Assembly (NCBI GenBank): GCA_963663165.1 | Contig: OY760175.1 | Location: 1,600,001-1,664,000 of the forward strand | Reading direction: 5' to 3' | Length of the DNA: 64,000 bases | From: an uncultured Desulfospira sp. | GTDB taxonomy: Bacteria > Desulfobacterota > Desulfobacteria > Desulfobacterales > Desulfobacteraceae | Shown: positions 61,513-64,000 of the stretch, piece after piece | Layout: every line of letters begins with the position of its first letter | How positions within the stretch are numbered: the first letter of the stretch is position 1 | Translations under genes and position numbers: made by a program | Notes under the pieces: generated by a model | Database searches by the model: none | What the model was told of the DNA's origin: nothing | Seen by the model: the letters and a program-made list of their open reading frames with translations, nothing else

Positions 61513-63432
61513 ATGGGACTTAAAGAAGAACTGGAAGAAAAAGCCTCGGCATGTGACGCCCCCGAAGAGTATATTGAGGTGGCCAAAGAAATTGCAGACG
61601 GTCTGTCAGACAAGGACTGGGCCAGGGAATTGCTCGAAGAAGGCGCGGAATGGGCCCAAACCTATGAAGATGCCGTGGCCTATGCCAGGGCGGGGATAGA
61701 CGTTCTTGGGGACGAGGAGGCGGCCGCAGCCTTTCTGGCCCAGGGCCAGACCCTGTGCATGACCATGGATGACTTTCTGGATCTTGCCGCCAAAGCCCTT
61801 GAACTTAACCTTGAAGAGGCATCCCGGCAGGTTTTCAATGCCGCAGGGACCAAGTGTGTTAAAATTTCCGATTACCTGGCCTTAAGCGAAAAGATTTCAA
61901 CGGTCCTCAATGACCAGGACCTGGCCGGACAGACCGTGGATAAAGCCTTCGGCAAATGCAATAAGGCCGAAGACTTCGTGGCTTTTGCCAAATCGGTTCT
62001 GGACATGTTCAATGACAAACCCCGTGCGGCGGCGGTCTATGACAAGGCCGTGGAAAAGGCCGCCAAAGCCGAGGATTTTGTTGGCCTGGCCCGGGGAGCG
62101 GCAACCGATCTTGAAGATCCGGACCTTGCCCGGTCCATATACGACAAAGCCCTCTCCTGTCTTGAATCCGGAAACGAGCTGCTCAAATTTGCCGAAACCG
62201 TCAAGGAAAAAAGTGATGACAAGACTTTCCTGATGTCGGTTTACCAGAAAGCGGCATCGGTATTTACGGGTTTCTCCGACTACCTGAAACTGGCCAAGGC
62301 CGCATTTGAAAACACCGGTGATGCGGCATTTTCTTCAGGCGTTTACCAGAAGGCGGCGGCCACCAATCCCGACTGCGGTCAGCTGGTGGACCTGGCCAAT
62401 GCCCTGGCCAAAGACCTTAAAGATACGGATGCGGCGGTTAAGGTGTTAAAACAGGCCGAGCAGGCCGTTAAAAACAATGCCGATTTCATCAAAACCGCCA
62501 CAGCCATAAAAGAAATTGTTACCAATGATGACGCATGGACCAACGCCGTGGCCTTTCAGGTGGAAAAAAGAGAAGAATTCAAGGCGCTTTACAGCGACTT
62601 TATCTTAAGGGAACAGGAATATAAAACCTGCGCCCCCATGCGCCGCCTGGCCCATGAGGTCTTTGAAAAAACCGGCGATATTTATTATGCGGCAAAACTG
62701 TACCGGCTTTCCCAGGGCCTGACCGTTAATTTCAACGACTTTATCAAGCTTGCCGCCGGGATCCATGCCGATCTCGGGGACAAGGAATGGGTAACGCAGA
62801 TTTACCAGGACCTGCTGCCCCAATGCGTCAGCCTGAGCTACACCGAGGAACTGACCCGTGCCATTGCGGACACCCTCAAGGACCAGGAATGGATAAAACA
62901 GATATACAAAGACGTGGAAAACAGCAGCCGCGATATCAGTGACCTGGTGACCCTGGCCTATATTGCCGTGAGAAAATTTGACGACCGGCAATGGGTATCA
63001 GACCTGCTGGGCAAAGCCGAATCAAAATGCAGCACCATGCAGGATTATGCCCTGGTGGCCGGTGCCCTTTACAACTGCACCGGAGACCGGGACCTGACCC
63101 AGAGGCTCTACCAGGCCGCCCAGGATCTTTGCCAGACCCCGCGGGAATACCGCACCCTGATTTCCCTGGCCAACCAGTCGGCAGGGGAAAAGTCCTTTCT
63201 GATGGACATCATCCATTCGGCGAAATCCAAATTAACCTCTTTTAATGATTTGATTTTTCTGGCTGAAATCACCATGGTGTATGCCGAAGACAAGGATATG
63301 GCCAGCGGACTCTACCAGGAAGCCGAGGAAAAAGCCCTGTCCAATGCCATGCTCTCCGCCCTGGCCACCAGCATCGGCAGCCGGCTGGGTGAGGCCCAGT
63401 GGGCGTCCCGGGTGTTAAGAAAGATTCATTGA
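61513..63432 (+). CDS. cytoplasmic alpha-solenoid protein of 34-aa TPR-like repeats
   Basis: Repeated D(F/Y)..LA......D...A...Y.KA units; GAGGAG RBS before ATG 61513. Confidence 0.75.
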   Translation: MGLKEELEEKASACDAPEEYIEVAKEIADGLSDKDWARELLEEGAEWAQTYEDAVAYARAGIDVLGDEEAAAAFLAQGQTLCMTMDDFLDLAAKALELNLEEASRQVFNAAGTKCVKISDYLALSEKISTVLNDQDLAGQTVDKAFGKCNKAEDFVAFAKSVLDMFNDKPRAAAVYDKAVEKAAKAEDFVGLARGAATDLEDPDLARSIYDKALSCLESGNELLKFAETVKEKSDDKTFLMSVYQKAASVFTGFSDYLKLAKAAFENTGDAAFSSGVYQKAAATNPDCGQLVDLANALAKDLKDTDAAVKVLKQAEQAVKNNADFIKTATAIKEIVTNDDAWTNAVAFQVEKREEFKALYSDFILREQEYKTCAPMRRLAHEVFEKTGDIYYAAKLYRLSQGLTVNFNDFIKLAAGIHADLGDKEWVTQIYQDLLPQCVSLSYTEELTRAIADTLKDQEWIKQIYKDVENSSRDISDLVTLAYIAVRKFDDRQWVSDLLGKAESKCSTMQDYALVAGALYNCTGDRDLTQRLYQAAQDLCQTPREYRTLISLANQSAGEKSFLMDIIHSAKSKLTSFNDLIFLAEITMVYAEDKDMASGLYQEAEEKALSNAMLSALATSIGSRLGEAQWASRVLRKIH

Positions 63433-63759
63433 TGGTTAGCTTTTAGCTTTTAGCCATTAGCATCAAGCGGTTGGGCAATTCCCAGCCCTTGATGCTGATG
63501 GCCTCGCCCCTTTTTCCTGCATTCCAGCATTCTCAGACCGGTTTTCCGTTTTTTTCCGGCCGAAAGTCTCCTTTCTTGCCCCAAATCAGTTGCAGGATTT
63601 GTGTTCGATCTTCCCTTCTGATATATTCATTTTTTACATATAACGGCCAATAAAAAATAATGAAAGCGCCTGAAAGGATATCAGGTAAACTTTCAGTGAA
63701 AAGGAAGCCCATTTGCGCCTTATCAAAATCGAATCTTTTAAAAACGGAAAAACCTGTCC

Positions 63760-64000
63760 ATGACCCAAAACGCAAATTTTTTTAAACTCGGTCTGTTTGT
63801 CATTCTTTCATTTGTCCTGTTTGCCGGTTTTCTGATTGCATTCGGCGCAGGTCAGTTCTTGAAAAAGGAACTCATCGCCGAGACCTGTTTTGACGAGTCG
63901 GTCCAGGGCCTGGATATCGGCTCTGAGGTCAAATTCCAGGGCATGGAAATCGGCAAGGTCAAATCCATCACCACCCCGGCCCGGATTTACCAGACCGAAT
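63760..64000 (+). CDS. MlaD/MCE-family protein (partial, runs off the window)
   Basis: FKLGLFVI TM then F.ESVQGLDIGS.VKF.GMEIGKV..I. Confidence 0.85.
   Translation, partial: MTQNANFFKLGLFVILSFVLFAGFLIAFGAGQFLKKELIAETCFDESVQGLDIGSEVKFQGMEIGKVKSITTPARIYQTE

Overview
Bacterial chromosomal window. Gene content and repeat types suggest a sulfate-reducing deltaproteobacterium (Desulfobacteraceae-like; inference). The first ~27 kb is mostly housekeeping: pyrG, eno, adk, cysS, ispF, tag, nnr, tsaE, lysC, lon, an RND efflux pair and a DtxR/MntR-family regulator. From ~27.5 to 56 kb lies a large metal/iron island with an LbtU-like porin, two DUF4198 proteins, an RcnA/HoxN-type transporter, flavodoxin, a PEP-CTERM-type protein, a VKOR-DsbA fusion and feoAB. 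Its core is an expanded ferrosome (fez)-like cluster: three P1B-ATPases (DYSC-type FezB, an SCPC type lacking the TGES motif, a TCPC type), three paralogous pairs of small glycine-rich membrane proteins (two MamC-like; one of the six is a 57-aa protein missing from the ORF track), YceI, a triple-FeoA protein and an adjacent MoxR-AAA/VWA operon. A recurring palindrome, TTAG-N6-CTAA (DtxR-type core), sits in promoters across the island. A candidate ~155-nt sRNA with a loop-displayed anti-Shine-Dalgarno sequence lies inside it. The window ends with a hybrid kinase/GGDEF-EAL module, a 34-aa-repeat solenoid protein and a partial MlaD gene. Intergenic DNA carries GTAG-type REP doublets, a structured MITE-like family and several heptamer tandem-repeat families. 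No rRNA, tRNA, CRISPR array or transposase was seen. All family calls come from motif recognition by eye; no searches were run.
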